From: Patescibacteria group bacterium
Lineage (GTDB): Bacteria; Patescibacteriota; Doudnabacteria; UBA920; O2-02-FULL-48-8
Reading direction: 5' to 3'
DNA: 64,000 bases
NCBI GenBank assembly: GCA_036278915.1
Contig: DASUKB010000001.1
Location: 173,186 to 237,185, forward strand
Made by a program: the position numbers and the translations under genes. Below are positions 17,160 to 26,041 of the stretch, one piece after another (positions within the stretch are counted from its first letter, which is position 1; every line of letters begins with the position of its first letter). The notes under the pieces are model-generated. The model made no database searches, was not told where the DNA came from, and was given only the letters and a program-made list of their open reading frames with translations.

Positions 17160-18209
17160 ATGAAAAAAATTTTTATACTTTTATTGTCCCTAAGTTTGAC
17201 CGCGGTCAGCTGCAACCAGCTTTTGTTTGGCGGTACGGGAGCCATGGGCGTGTTTAAGTCCGAAGACTCCGGCCAAAGCTCTAGCGCCGCAAATAAGATA
17301 GACAAAAAAAACAATCTCAATTCAACCTCGGTGAACAGCCTCGTGTTTGGATTTAACGATAGCCAGACGATTTATTTGGCGTCATCCGCTGGCGTGTACA
17401 AAAGTTCGGACGCCGGCTCAACCTGGAAACTAATGCTGACCAATATTGCGGTCGCGGACGTGGCCGCAGACGCCACATCCGGAACGCTGTACGTGGCGGG
17501 GCTTTCGGACAACCACGGCAAAATTGTGAAAACTGCAGATGACGGCTCATCCTGGAGCGATGTCTATACTGAACCGACGTCGGGCAATACCGTCCGCTCC
17601 TTAGCTGTGGACCCAAGCAACCACGCGCAAGTATTTGCCGGCCTTTCGGCCGGAGAAATTATAGTCTCACAAGATTTTGGCCTGACCTGGCAAGTGGTCA
17701 CTGATCTCCACGACGTTATTTATCGCCTGAGGTTTGGGCCAAACGGCAATCTCTACGTACTCACGGTAAGTCACGGACTTTATGAAAGCCGCGATGGCGG
17801 AAAGACTTTTACTGATTTAAGCAGTACGCTGACGAATGGGTTTATAAATCCAGACGCGAATTTTTCATCCGTGTCCAAATTTTTGGATTTGGCTTTTGAC
17901 CAAAAACAGCCGGGAGTGCTGTACCTGGCCACGGATGCAGGACTTATACGAAGCGTGGATGATGGAATGAATTGGGCGTTTATGCAAATGCCGGTGCGCA
18001 ACGCCGAACTTCGGACTTCGGCCGTGGCAGTGGATCCGGCTAATTCCAACAATCTCTACGCAGTGGTGGGCAATACCCTATTTAAATCCACAAATGGCGG
18101 TGCGGCCTGGGAAACTAAACCCCTGGCAAGCGGCCAGGAAGTGCGTCAAATCCTAATTGACTACAGTTCGCCAAATGTGATTTACTTAGGGATGGGAGCA
18201 GCAAAGTAA
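17160..18209 (+). CDS. BNR/Asp-box repeat beta-propeller lipoprotein (Ycf48/sialidase-like fold)
   Basis: Signal peptide with lipobox AVSC. Six S-x-D-x-G-x-[TS]-[WF] repeats (SSDAGSTW, TADDGSSW, SQDFGLTW, SRDGGKTF, SVDDGMNW, STNGGAAW). Confidence 0.65.
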   Translation: MKKIFILLLSLSLTAVSCNQLLFGGTGAMGVFKSEDSGQSSSAANKIDKKNNLNSTSVNSLVFGFNDSQTIYLASSAGVYKSSDAGSTWKLMLTNIAVADVAADATSGTLYVAGLSDNHGKIVKTADDGSSWSDVYTEPTSGNTVRSLAVDPSNHAQVFAGLSAGEIIVSQDFGLTWQVVTDLHDVIYRLRFGPNGNLYVLTVSHGLYESRDGGKTFTDLSSTLTNGFINPDANFSSVSKFLDLAFDQKQPGVLYLATDAGLIRSVDDGMNWAFMQMPVRNAELRTSAVAVDPANSNNLYAVVGNTLFKSTNGGAAWETKPLASGQEVRQILIDYSSPNVIYLGMGAAK

Positions 18210-18238
18210 TAAGTTAAAAGTGAGAAGTCATAAGATTT

Positions 18239-18796
18239 ATGAATTTAAATATCTTGGACCAAAAGCAGGATGAGTTTCAAAAAATTGTTGACCACCTAAA
18301 AGGAGAATTGGCTACTTTGCGCACAGGGCGTGCAAATTCCGCTCTCGTGGAGCAATTGAGCGTGGAGTATTATGGCGCACCCACACCGCTCATCCAGATT
18401 GCTCAAATTTCCGTTCCCGAGCCGCGCGTCATAGCTATACAGCCCTACGATAAATCCGCGCTCAAAGACATAGAAAAGGCCATCCAACAGTCCAACATTG
18501 GCATCCAGCCTGTGAATGATGGCAACTTTGTTCGGCTCAATATCCCTGCCATGACCGAAGAGCGGCGCAAGGAGTTGGTCAAGGTTGTGGGCCAGATGGC
18601 GGAAAAGGCGAGAGTATCGGTGCGCAACGTGCGTGAAGATGTCTGGAAAGAAGTCCAGCGCATGGAAAAAGACGACGAGATTTCCGAAGACGACAAAATC
18701 GCGGCCAAAGAAGAACTGCAGGAAGTTGTAGACCGGTTCAATGAAGAGATCAAAAAAATCACCGAGCTGAAAGAAAAGGAAGTGATGACAATTTAG
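18239..18796 (+). CDS. frr: ribosome recycling factor
   Basis: 185 aa. Full-length RRF-like sequence with coiled-coil arm. Confidence 0.95.
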   Translation: MNLNILDQKQDEFQKIVDHLKGELATLRTGRANSALVEQLSVEYYGAPTPLIQIAQISVPEPRVIAIQPYDKSALKDIEKAIQQSNIGIQPVNDGNFVRLNIPAMTEERRKELVKVVGQMAEKARVSVRNVREDVWKEVQRMEKDDEISEDDKIAAKEELQEVVDRFNEEIKKITELKEKEVMTI

Positions 18797-18855
18797 GTTG
18801 TAGGTAGTGGGGCGTAGGCGGTAGCCTACAAACTACAACCTGCCAACTATAAACT

Positions 18856-19971
18856 ATGATATTGCTTACAATTGTAATTTTTGTAATCATTTTGGGCCTC
18901 CTAGTTTTTGTACACGAGCTGGGGCATTTTATAATGGCCCGCCGGGCCGGCATGGCAGTGGAGGAATTCGGATTTGGTTTTCCACCGAGGATTTTTGGCA
19001 TTAAGCGCGGCGAAACAACATATTCTATAAATTGGATTCCGCTGGGCGGCTTTGTAAAAATTTTGGGTGAAAACGGCGAGTCGCAAGATCCTAAAGCTTT
19101 CGGCAGCAAAGGTTTTTGGCCGAGATTCTCCGTGCTTGTGGCGGGAGTGCTTATGAACGCCATCTTTGCCTGGGCGCTTATCGCCATTGCTATGACTTCG
19201 GGTCTGCCCACTATTATCGGCCAGGGCGACACCCTGCCTTCGTATGCCCACGCCCAAGCCGCACAGGTGTCTGTGGTTGAGGTGGAGGACGGCACGCCGG
19301 CCGCCAATGCCGGCATCAAAGTTGGTGACAGCATTTACAAAATCAACGGCCAACAAATTACATCAATTGACCAGGTCCAGGCTCTGACTTCCCAGTCCGC
19401 TGGAGAGTCCACAGAATTTGAACTCAAGCGGGGCAATTCAGATTTTACTAAAACCATCACGCCCAGAGTCAACCCGCCGGAAGGCGAGGGACCACTGGGA
19501 ATTGCTTTGTCATCTGTGGCTAAAGTTTCGTACCCATGGTATCGCTCGCTCTGGCTTTCGGTGATGACTACGGCCGGGCTCATATGGGCCACGCTTTCGG
19601 CGTTTGGTCAGCTCATAGTACAAGCCGTACATCACCAGCCTGTGAGTCAGGCACTTTCTGGGCCGGTGGGTATAGCCGTGCTCACGCACGATGTGGCGCA
19701 ACTTGGGCTTATTTACCTTATCCAGTTTACGGCAGTCCTGTCGATTAATTTGGCAATTATAAACATCGTGCCATTTCCGGCGCTGGACGGCGGGCGCGTC
19801 CTGTTTTTGATCATTGAAAAAATTCGCCGCCGCAAACTAAATCCCAACGCCGAATCCTACGCCAATGCTATCGGCTTTATGCTTCTGATTCTGCTTATGG
19901 TGTTTGTGACTATTAAAGACATCAATCACTACTCGGATTCATTTAAGCATTTGTTCAGCAACTTATTTTGA
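18856..19971 (+). CDS. rseP: RIP metalloprotease RseP (site-2 protease, M50 family)
   Basis: HELGHFIMARRAG HExxH in first TM, PDZ-like middle region, C-terminal LDGG. Confidence 0.85.
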   Translation: MILLTIVIFVIILGLLVFVHELGHFIMARRAGMAVEEFGFGFPPRIFGIKRGETTYSINWIPLGGFVKILGENGESQDPKAFGSKGFWPRFSVLVAGVLMNAIFAWALIAIAMTSGLPTIIGQGDTLPSYAHAQAAQVSVVEVEDGTPAANAGIKVGDSIYKINGQQITSIDQVQALTSQSAGESTEFELKRGNSDFTKTITPRVNPPEGEGPLGIALSSVAKVSYPWYRSLWLSVMTTAGLIWATLSAFGQLIVQAVHHQPVSQALSGPVGIAVLTHDVAQLGLIYLIQFTAVLSINLAIINIVPFPALDGGRVLFLIIEKIRRRKLNPNAESYANAIGFMLLILLMVFVTIKDINHYSDSFKHLFSNLF

Positions 19972-19999
19972 CAGCTCGAAAGACTGGTGGAGAGCCTGT

Positions 20000-20007
20000 G
20001 GTATAAT
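20000..20007 (+). promoter_or_regulatory. extended -10 TGgTATAAT upstream of proS leader
   Basis: ctgTGGTATAATtgagg. The leader element lies between this and ATG 20084. Confidence 0.4.
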
Positions 20008-20016
20008 TGAGGCAAT

Positions 20017-20064
20017 GCCCTCACCCCCGGCCCCTCTCCCGGATCGGGAGAGGGGAGTTCTAAA
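20017..20064 (+). promoter_or_regulatory. leader element copy 4 (GCCCTCACCCC box + CCCCTCTCCC/GGGAGAGGGG hairpin + AGTTCTAAA)
   Basis: Lies between predicted -10 and proS ATG, hence transcribed 5' UTR. Confidence 0.5.
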
Positions 20065-20083
20065 TTGAAGTGGACCAGAGCAT

Positions 20084-21319
20084 ATGAAGCAATCAGAATT
20101 ATTTGTAAAAACCTTAAGGAACGCACCCAAAGATGAAGAGACTATAAACGCTCAACTTTTGGTGCGCGCAGGTTTTGTAAACAAACTCATGGCTGGCGTA
20201 TATTCATACCTGCCGCTTGGGCTTTTGACGTTGCGAAAAATTAGCGAACTCGTGCGTTGCGAGATGGATTCAATTGGCGGCCAGGAAATCCTTATGCCAG
20301 GATTGCATCCGGCCGAGAACTGGAAGACAACCGGCGGCTGGGACAAAGTAGATGTTTTGTTCAAGATTAAATCCCGCACCGAAAAAGACTATGCACTCGG
20401 GCAAAGCGAAGAAGAGGTCGTGACGCCGCTTGTAATGGGCTATATTGAGACCTACAAGGATCTGCCGCAGGCTGTGTATCAAATTGGCTGGAAGTTCCGC
20501 GATGAACTGCGATCCAAGTCCGGGCTTTTGCGCGGCAGGGAGTTTTTGATGAAAGATATGTACAGCTTCCATGAGAGCCAGGCGGACTTCGATAGGTTTT
20601 ATGAGATTGTCAAAAAGGCGTATCTTCGGATATTTGAAAAGATTGGGCTTGTGGCCAAGGTTACGGAAGCCTCGGGAGGCGCGTTTTCGGAAAAAATTTC
20701 CTATGAATTTATGGTACTCACTGATGCGGGGGAAGATGACATTTTGTATTGCGATGCTTGCGAGTTCTGCGTAAATACCGAAATTGCCAAAGTCGTGGCT
20801 GGCGATGCTTGCCCCAAATGCGGAAAAGGAAAATTATCGCAAGCCAAAGCTTCCGAAGTAGGAAATGTCTTTGATCTCGGCCAAAAATATGGCAAGGATT
20901 TTGACTTGGGTTTCCGGGACCAGGAAAACCAGGTTAAATATCCGATTATGGGATGTTATGGCTTGGGAATTTCAAGGCTTATGGGCGTAATTGTGGAAAA
21001 ATTCCATGACGACCGGGGAATTATCTGGCCTCAAGCAGTGTCGCCTTTTGACTTACACCTTTTAAACATTGCCCAAGATGAAAAAGTTACGGAAAAATTA
21101 TACCAAACTTTACAGTCCGCGGGGTTTTCGGTACTATTAGATCAAAGAGACGTGCGTCCCGGCGAAAAATTTGCCGACAGCGATCTTATAGGCATTCCAT
21201 GGCGGATTTTGGTGTCCGACAAAACGCTTGAAACCGATTCCGTGGAAATCAAACCCAGAAACAGCGATCAAACTTCAATTGTTAAGATAAAGGATCTGCC
21301 CGAGAGCCTAAAAAACTAA
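20084..21319 (+). CDS. proS: prolyl-tRNA synthetase, short form lacking INS editing domain (Cys4 zinc-ribbon insert instead)
   Basis: N-terminus resembles bacterial ProRS (LLVRAGFVNKL..YSYLPLG). Motif 2 FRDE...REFLMKDMYSF. CDACEFC...CPKCGKGK where E. coli carries the INS domain. Confidence 0.85.
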   Translation: MKQSELFVKTLRNAPKDEETINAQLLVRAGFVNKLMAGVYSYLPLGLLTLRKISELVRCEMDSIGGQEILMPGLHPAENWKTTGGWDKVDVLFKIKSRTEKDYALGQSEEEVVTPLVMGYIETYKDLPQAVYQIGWKFRDELRSKSGLLRGREFLMKDMYSFHESQADFDRFYEIVKKAYLRIFEKIGLVAKVTEASGGAFSEKISYEFMVLTDAGEDDILYCDACEFCVNTEIAKVVAGDACPKCGKGKLSQAKASEVGNVFDLGQKYGKDFDLGFRDQENQVKYPIMGCYGLGISRLMGVIVEKFHDDRGIIWPQAVSPFDLHLLNIAQDEKVTEKLYQTLQSAGFSVLLDQRDVRPGEKFADSDLIGIPWRILVSDKTLETDSVEIKPRNSDQTSIVKIKDLPESLKN

Positions 21320-21362
21320 AAACGAAAATCAAAAATCAGTTCCTAAATTAAAGCGACACCAA

Positions 21363-22424
21363 ATGCCACTGTTTGATTTCGTTTACGACAAATTCAGCAA
21401 AGATATAGGAATTGATTTGGGTACAGCCAATACTCTTGTCTATGTTAAAGGCCGCGGTATTGTTGTAAACGAACCGTCCGTGGTGGCCATAAACCAGAAG
21501 ACCAAGCAGATCTTGGCGATTGGAGATGATGCCAAACGCATGGTGGGCAGAACGCCTGCGCATATTGTGGCCCACCGGCCTTTGGTGGATGGTGTGATTT
21601 CTGACTTTGACATTACCGAACAAATGTTGCGCTATTTTATAGAAAAAGTTAGCCAGGCGACATTTGGCTTTTTGTCTCGTCCGCGCGTGGTAGTCGGCAT
21701 CCCTTCCGGAGTCACGGAAGTGGAAAAACGCGCGGTGCAGGATGCTACGCTAAATGCCGGCGCTCGTGCGGCATTTCTTATTGAAGAGCCTATGGCCGCA
21801 GCAATTGGAGCCAGACTTCCGGTTCAGGACCCTCAGGGCTGTTTTATCGTGGATATTGGCGGCGGGACTTCGGAGATTGCAGTCATCTCACTGGGTGGTA
21901 TTGTGGTGTCAAAAAGCATCCGCGTCGCCGGCGATGAGCTGAACGAAAACATTGTCCAATTTGCTCGGGACGAATATAACTTGCTTATCGGCGAGCGCAC
22001 GGCTGAAGACATTAAAATCCGCATTGGTTCGGCTGCGCCGCTCAAAGGTGAAAAGCAAAAAATGGCTATGCGCGGGCGTGATCTTATTTCTGGGTTACCC
22101 AAGGAAATTATGGTCACGGACGACCAGATCCGGCATGCTATTTCGCGTTCGGTCCGCTTGATCGTCAACAACATCAAAACTGCTGTTGAGGAATCTCCGC
22201 CGGAGCTGGTGGCAGACATCATGGACCGAGGCATTACTATTTCCGGCGGAGGCGCGCTCCTGCGGGGACTGGATAAACTTCTGGCACAGGAGACACAAAT
22301 GCCAATTACCGTGGCTGATGATCCGCTGACTGCCGTAGTGCGAGGCTGCGGCGTGATTTTGGAAGATCTAGAGGCGCTCAAAGACGTACTGGTACCCACC
22401 CAATTTGAACCAATTCCAAGATGA
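21363..22424 (+). CDS. mreB: rod shape-determining protein MreB (paralog 2, heads mreBCD-mrdA cluster)
   Basis: 353 aa. GIDLGTANTLVYV, DIGGGTSEIAV. Confidence 0.9.
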   Translation: MPLFDFVYDKFSKDIGIDLGTANTLVYVKGRGIVVNEPSVVAINQKTKQILAIGDDAKRMVGRTPAHIVAHRPLVDGVISDFDITEQMLRYFIEKVSQATFGFLSRPRVVVGIPSGVTEVEKRAVQDATLNAGARAAFLIEEPMAAAIGARLPVQDPQGCFIVDIGGGTSEIAVISLGGIVVSKSIRVAGDELNENIVQFARDEYNLLIGERTAEDIKIRIGSAAPLKGEKQKMAMRGRDLISGLPKEIMVTDDQIRHAISRSVRLIVNNIKTAVEESPPELVADIMDRGITISGGGALLRGLDKLLAQETQMPITVADDPLTAVVRGCGVILEDLEALKDVLVPTQFEPIPR

Positions 22425-22508
22425 AACTAAGAGCTGGGAAGTTGGAAGCTGGAAACGAGTTTTTGGCTTCCTAGCTTCTAGCTTCGAAGCTTCCTAGATT
22501 CTATTTCT

Positions 22509-23312
22509 ATGAGATTTATCTACACCCGTACATTTACAATCGGCTTCGTTATCTTTGCCCTCGTCGCAGTCATTGCTATTTCCGACGCCAAAGGGTATCT
22601 GGGCCGAGTACGCGACGGATTTGCTCTTGGGTTTGGATTTGTGGAAGAAAAGCTTACCAGCGGCGTCAATTCCGGCAAGAATTTATTTGAAACTTTCTTT
22701 ACAATCCGAAAGCTCGTAAGCGAGAATTCTTCACTTCAGCAGAAAATAAATGAACTGTCGTTTGAAAATGCCAGATTACAGATATCGTCCAGTGAGAACA
22801 CCACGCTTCGTACAGCATTGGACTTTAAGCAAAAAGAAAGCTTAAACCTGGTGCCAGTGGAGGTAGTGGCAGCGGATCCGACTGGGTTCAACCAGGTTGT
22901 AACTATTAACAAAGGCAGTAGCGACAATCTGGCTTTGGGCAACGCCGTGGTGGTCGCGCCAGGACTTTTGGTGGGCAAAATTACGTCCCTTGCGCCGCAT
23001 ACGGCGTCCGTGACGCTTATAACGGATCCGTCTGTGACTGTGGCGGCTAAAGTCCCGGATTCTGGGGCGCAGGGCCTGGTCTCCGGCGAGCATGGACTTG
23101 GGCTGTCGTTCAATCTTGTGAGCCAAAATGAGGTCATCAAAACGCAGGATAATGTCGTCACTTCTGATTTATCCCAGGACTTTCCGGAAGGTTTGCTTAT
23201 TGGACAGATTGACTCCATTAAATCCCAACCCTCGGAATTGTTCCAACAAGCATCTATTTCTCCGGCTGCGGATTTACGCAATTTGAAATTTTTATTTGTG
23301 GTTGAACCCTAA
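22509..23312 (+). CDS. mreC: rod shape-determining protein MreC
   Basis: N-terminal TM, coiled-coil (SLQQKINELSFENARLQ), beta-rich C-terminal domains (LVGKITSLAPHTASVTLITDPS). Confidence 0.8.
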   Translation: MRFIYTRTFTIGFVIFALVAVIAISDAKGYLGRVRDGFALGFGFVEEKLTSGVNSGKNLFETFFTIRKLVSENSSLQQKINELSFENARLQISSSENTTLRTALDFKQKESLNLVPVEVVAADPTGFNQVVTINKGSSDNLALGNAVVVAPGLLVGKITSLAPHTASVTLITDPSVTVAAKVPDSGAQGLVSGEHGLGLSFNLVSQNEVIKTQDNVVTSDLSQDFPEGLLIGQIDSIKSQPSELFQQASISPAADLRNLKFLFVVEP

Positions 23313-23830
23313 TGCGGTACGGGATTTTTATTTTCATGGTTCTCGGCCTTATGGCAATCCAGGGCGGGATTCTTGCACCGTTCGGATTGAGCCATTTTGG
23401 CAATCTGGCGCTGGTGTTCGTGGTTATGGTACTTACAATTTCGGACCGATCGGAAAATCTTTATTTGGCGCTTATCGCCGGACTGCTCATGGACTTTGCT
23501 TCGGGTTTGCTGCTTGGAACATTTGTGGTCTGCATGCTGGCTGTGTTTGGGTTCACCTATTTGTTCGTAAAACTGTTTATCCAGCGCACAGCCGACAGGA
23601 AACTTGTACTGCTTTCGAGTGTCCTGCTCAATACTATAGTATTGAGTTTATGTTTCTGCGCTTTGGAGCAGCTGGCGGCTCATTTTCATCTGCCGGCAAA
23701 CACTGACTGGCATAATATTTTAGGGCGCAAATTGTTATTGGACTTGGCCGCAAACGCGATCTTAACCTATCCTATCTATTGGCTTTACGTATTTATGGAA
23801 AAATTGCAGTATCGTTTTGAAAGAATATGA
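23312..23830 (+). CDS. mreD: rod shape-determining protein MreD (polytopic membrane)
   Basis: 172 aa, 4-5 hydrophobic helices. Position between mreC and mrdA. Start overlaps mreC stop (TAATG). Confidence 0.65.
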   Translation: MRYGIFIFMVLGLMAIQGGILAPFGLSHFGNLALVFVVMVLTISDRSENLYLALIAGLLMDFASGLLLGTFVVCMLAVFGFTYLFVKLFIQRTADRKLVLLSSVLLNTIVLSLCFCALEQLAAHFHLPANTDWHNILGRKLLLDLAANAILTYPIYWLYVFMEKLQYRFERI

Positions 23831-23850
23831 ACGAATTATAGAGCATCAAC

Positions 23851-25788
23851 ATGAACCCATTTGAAGACAAAAATTATTTAAACAAGAAATTTGATTCAGG
23901 TAAAAACCTGAGTTTCGAGGAAATTTACGCTGACTCCAAAGACGAGGCGCCAAGCATTGAAAGCGAACGCGAAACCATTAACTTCCGCGTGCTGGCCGTG
24001 GTGGCCGCAATCCCGATTTTACTTTTGGCGGGACGATTGTTTTTTCTGCAGTCGGTTCGCGGCGCAGACTTTCGCGCTCAGGCGGAAGGAAATAAACTCC
24101 GCGTTGTGCCCACGTACGCGCCACGCGGACTGATTTTGGATGCAAACGGCAAGACAATTGCCCAGAACATGCCGAATTTTGAGCTGGATGTGATCCCGTC
24201 CGATTTGCCCAGTGACCAACAGGCCTGGGAGACGGAAGTTGGAAAAATTTCTCAAATTTTGAATGTTGACCCGCAGACTATCGACCGGGAAATTTCGCCT
24301 CTGGACCGCGGTTCAACCCAGACCACAAGCATTGTCTCAAGCATTACCCAGGAGCAGGCGCTGGCGCTGATCCCGCAGATTTCAAATTATCAGGGGTTTA
24401 GCGTGGAAGACAACCCCATTCGGGACTATAAAGATGCGCAGGTGTTTGCGCCGGTTGTGGGCTACACCGGCAAAATCACGCAGCAGGAACTTGCCGACCA
24501 CAGCGGGCAGGGGTATTTGTTCAACGATTATATCGGTAAGACCGGACTGGAGCTGCAGTATGAAAATTATTTGCGCGGCGTGTCCGGGCAGAAGCAAACC
24601 GAAATAGATGCCCAGGGCAATGTCGTCAAATCGCTAGCCGACATAGTGCCTAAACCAGGTGACAACATTACGCTCAATATCGACTACGATCTGCAAAAAG
24701 TTATATACGATGACCTAACCAAGACCTTAAACCAATACCACCTTACCCGAGGCGCAGCCGTGGCCACCAATCCCAAAACCGGCCAGGTTCTGGCTTTGGT
24801 TTCAATTCCGTCTTACGACAATAGCCTCTTTGCCAAAGGCATTTCGCAGGAAGATTACAATACACTTCTAAATAATCCCGACCATCCGCTTTTAAATCGC
24901 GCTATTTCCGGTCTGTACCCGCCGGGTTCTACGGTCAAACCAATGATGGCTATTGCCGGATTGACCGAGGGCGTGATTACTCCTCAGACAAAAATTTTGG
25001 ATGATGGAGTCATCCGGGTGGGCAACTTTACTTTTTATGGATACGAGCATTCGGGTTTGGGCATCATGGATGTTTATTCGGCAATTGCTAAATCATCGGA
25101 TATTTATTTCTATACGGTCGGCGGCGGCCGGGCAGGCACAGGCATTTCGGGGCTTGGGCCTGACAAGATCGCGGAATGGTTCCGTAAATTCCATTTGGGA
25201 TCCAAGCTGAATATCGATTTGCCCAACGAACAGGCAGGGTTGGTGCCGGATCCGGCATGGAAACAGCAAACGCGAAACGAGCAGTGGTACCTCGGCGACA
25301 CCTATCATTATTCCATTGGTCAAGGAGATTTGCTCGTCACACCATTGCAGGTTAATTCCTGGACCGCGACTGTTGCCAATGGCGGCACTGTCATGCAGCC
25401 TTACATTCTAAACAAAATTACGGACCAGGACGGGAATGTCGTCAAACAGATGCAGCCGCAGGTTTTGGCCGCCAACCAGTTTGACCCAAACTACATTCAG
25501 GTTGTGCAGCAGGGCATGCGCGACACCACGCTGCCGGGAGGTTCCGCATATTCGCTGCATACGGTAGGCATGTCTATTTCGGGCAAAACCGGCTCGGCCC
25601 AATTTGACGCCTCTCGGCCTGATTTGACGCATGCCTGGTTTACTTCGTATGCGCCGTCAGAGGATCCGCAAATTGCGCTCACGGTATTAGTGGAATCCGC
25701 GGGCGAAGGTGCTATATATTCTGTGCCGATTTCACATGAAATTTATGACTGGTGGGCGGCAAATAGATTGAACAAAAATAATCAATAG
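23851..25788 (+). CDS. mrdA: penicillin-binding protein 2 (elongasome transpeptidase)
   Basis: 645 aa. N-terminal TM, SxxK (GSTVKP), SxN-like (YSIGQG), KTG (SGKTGSA) motifs. Confidence 0.9.
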   Translation: MNPFEDKNYLNKKFDSGKNLSFEEIYADSKDEAPSIESERETINFRVLAVVAAIPILLLAGRLFFLQSVRGADFRAQAEGNKLRVVPTYAPRGLILDANGKTIAQNMPNFELDVIPSDLPSDQQAWETEVGKISQILNVDPQTIDREISPLDRGSTQTTSIVSSITQEQALALIPQISNYQGFSVEDNPIRDYKDAQVFAPVVGYTGKITQQELADHSGQGYLFNDYIGKTGLELQYENYLRGVSGQKQTEIDAQGNVVKSLADIVPKPGDNITLNIDYDLQKVIYDDLTKTLNQYHLTRGAAVATNPKTGQVLALVSIPSYDNSLFAKGISQEDYNTLLNNPDHPLLNRAISGLYPPGSTVKPMMAIAGLTEGVITPQTKILDDGVIRVGNFTFYGYEHSGLGIMDVYSAIAKSSDIYFYTVGGGRAGTGISGLGPDKIAEWFRKFHLGSKLNIDLPNEQAGLVPDPAWKQQTRNEQWYLGDTYHYSIGQGDLLVTPLQVNSWTATVANGGTVMQPYILNKITDQDGNVVKQMQPQVLAANQFDPNYIQVVQQGMRDTTLPGGSAYSLHTVGMSISGKTGSAQFDASRPDLTHAWFTSYAPSEDPQIALTVLVESAGEGAIYSVPISHEIYDWWAANRLNKNNQ

Positions 25789-25812
25789 GGGCTCGGGCAG
25801 GAATTTTTTTGC

Positions 25813-25952
25813 CCGAACAACCGCTCGGCCAGCCGCAATGCTGGGAGCGTCAAAATTCGCTATTTATATGTATATAGAAGTGGATGTTGACTCACGCAAA
25901 ATTTTCTGATGAAAATTTTGTGTGTCCGCATTGCGGCTGGCCTCGCTAATAA
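25813..25952. repeat. 140-bp repeat R1 copy 2
   Basis: 137/140 identical to 16108-16247. Same terminal inverted repeats. Confidence 0.7.
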
Positions 25953-26020
25953 AAGTTTACGCGTTGTCTTTCAAAAATTCTCGTCCTCGCTCGATTATTT
26001 TTGTAGAAAAGGGGGGAAAG

Positions 26021-26029
26021 TGGTAGAAT
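26021..26029 (+). promoter_or_regulatory. extended -10 TGgTAGAAT giving near-leaderless mntH-like transcript
   Basis: -10 ends 12 nt before ATG 26042. Confidence 0.35.
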
Positions 26030-26041
26030 AGTTAAAGAAAT

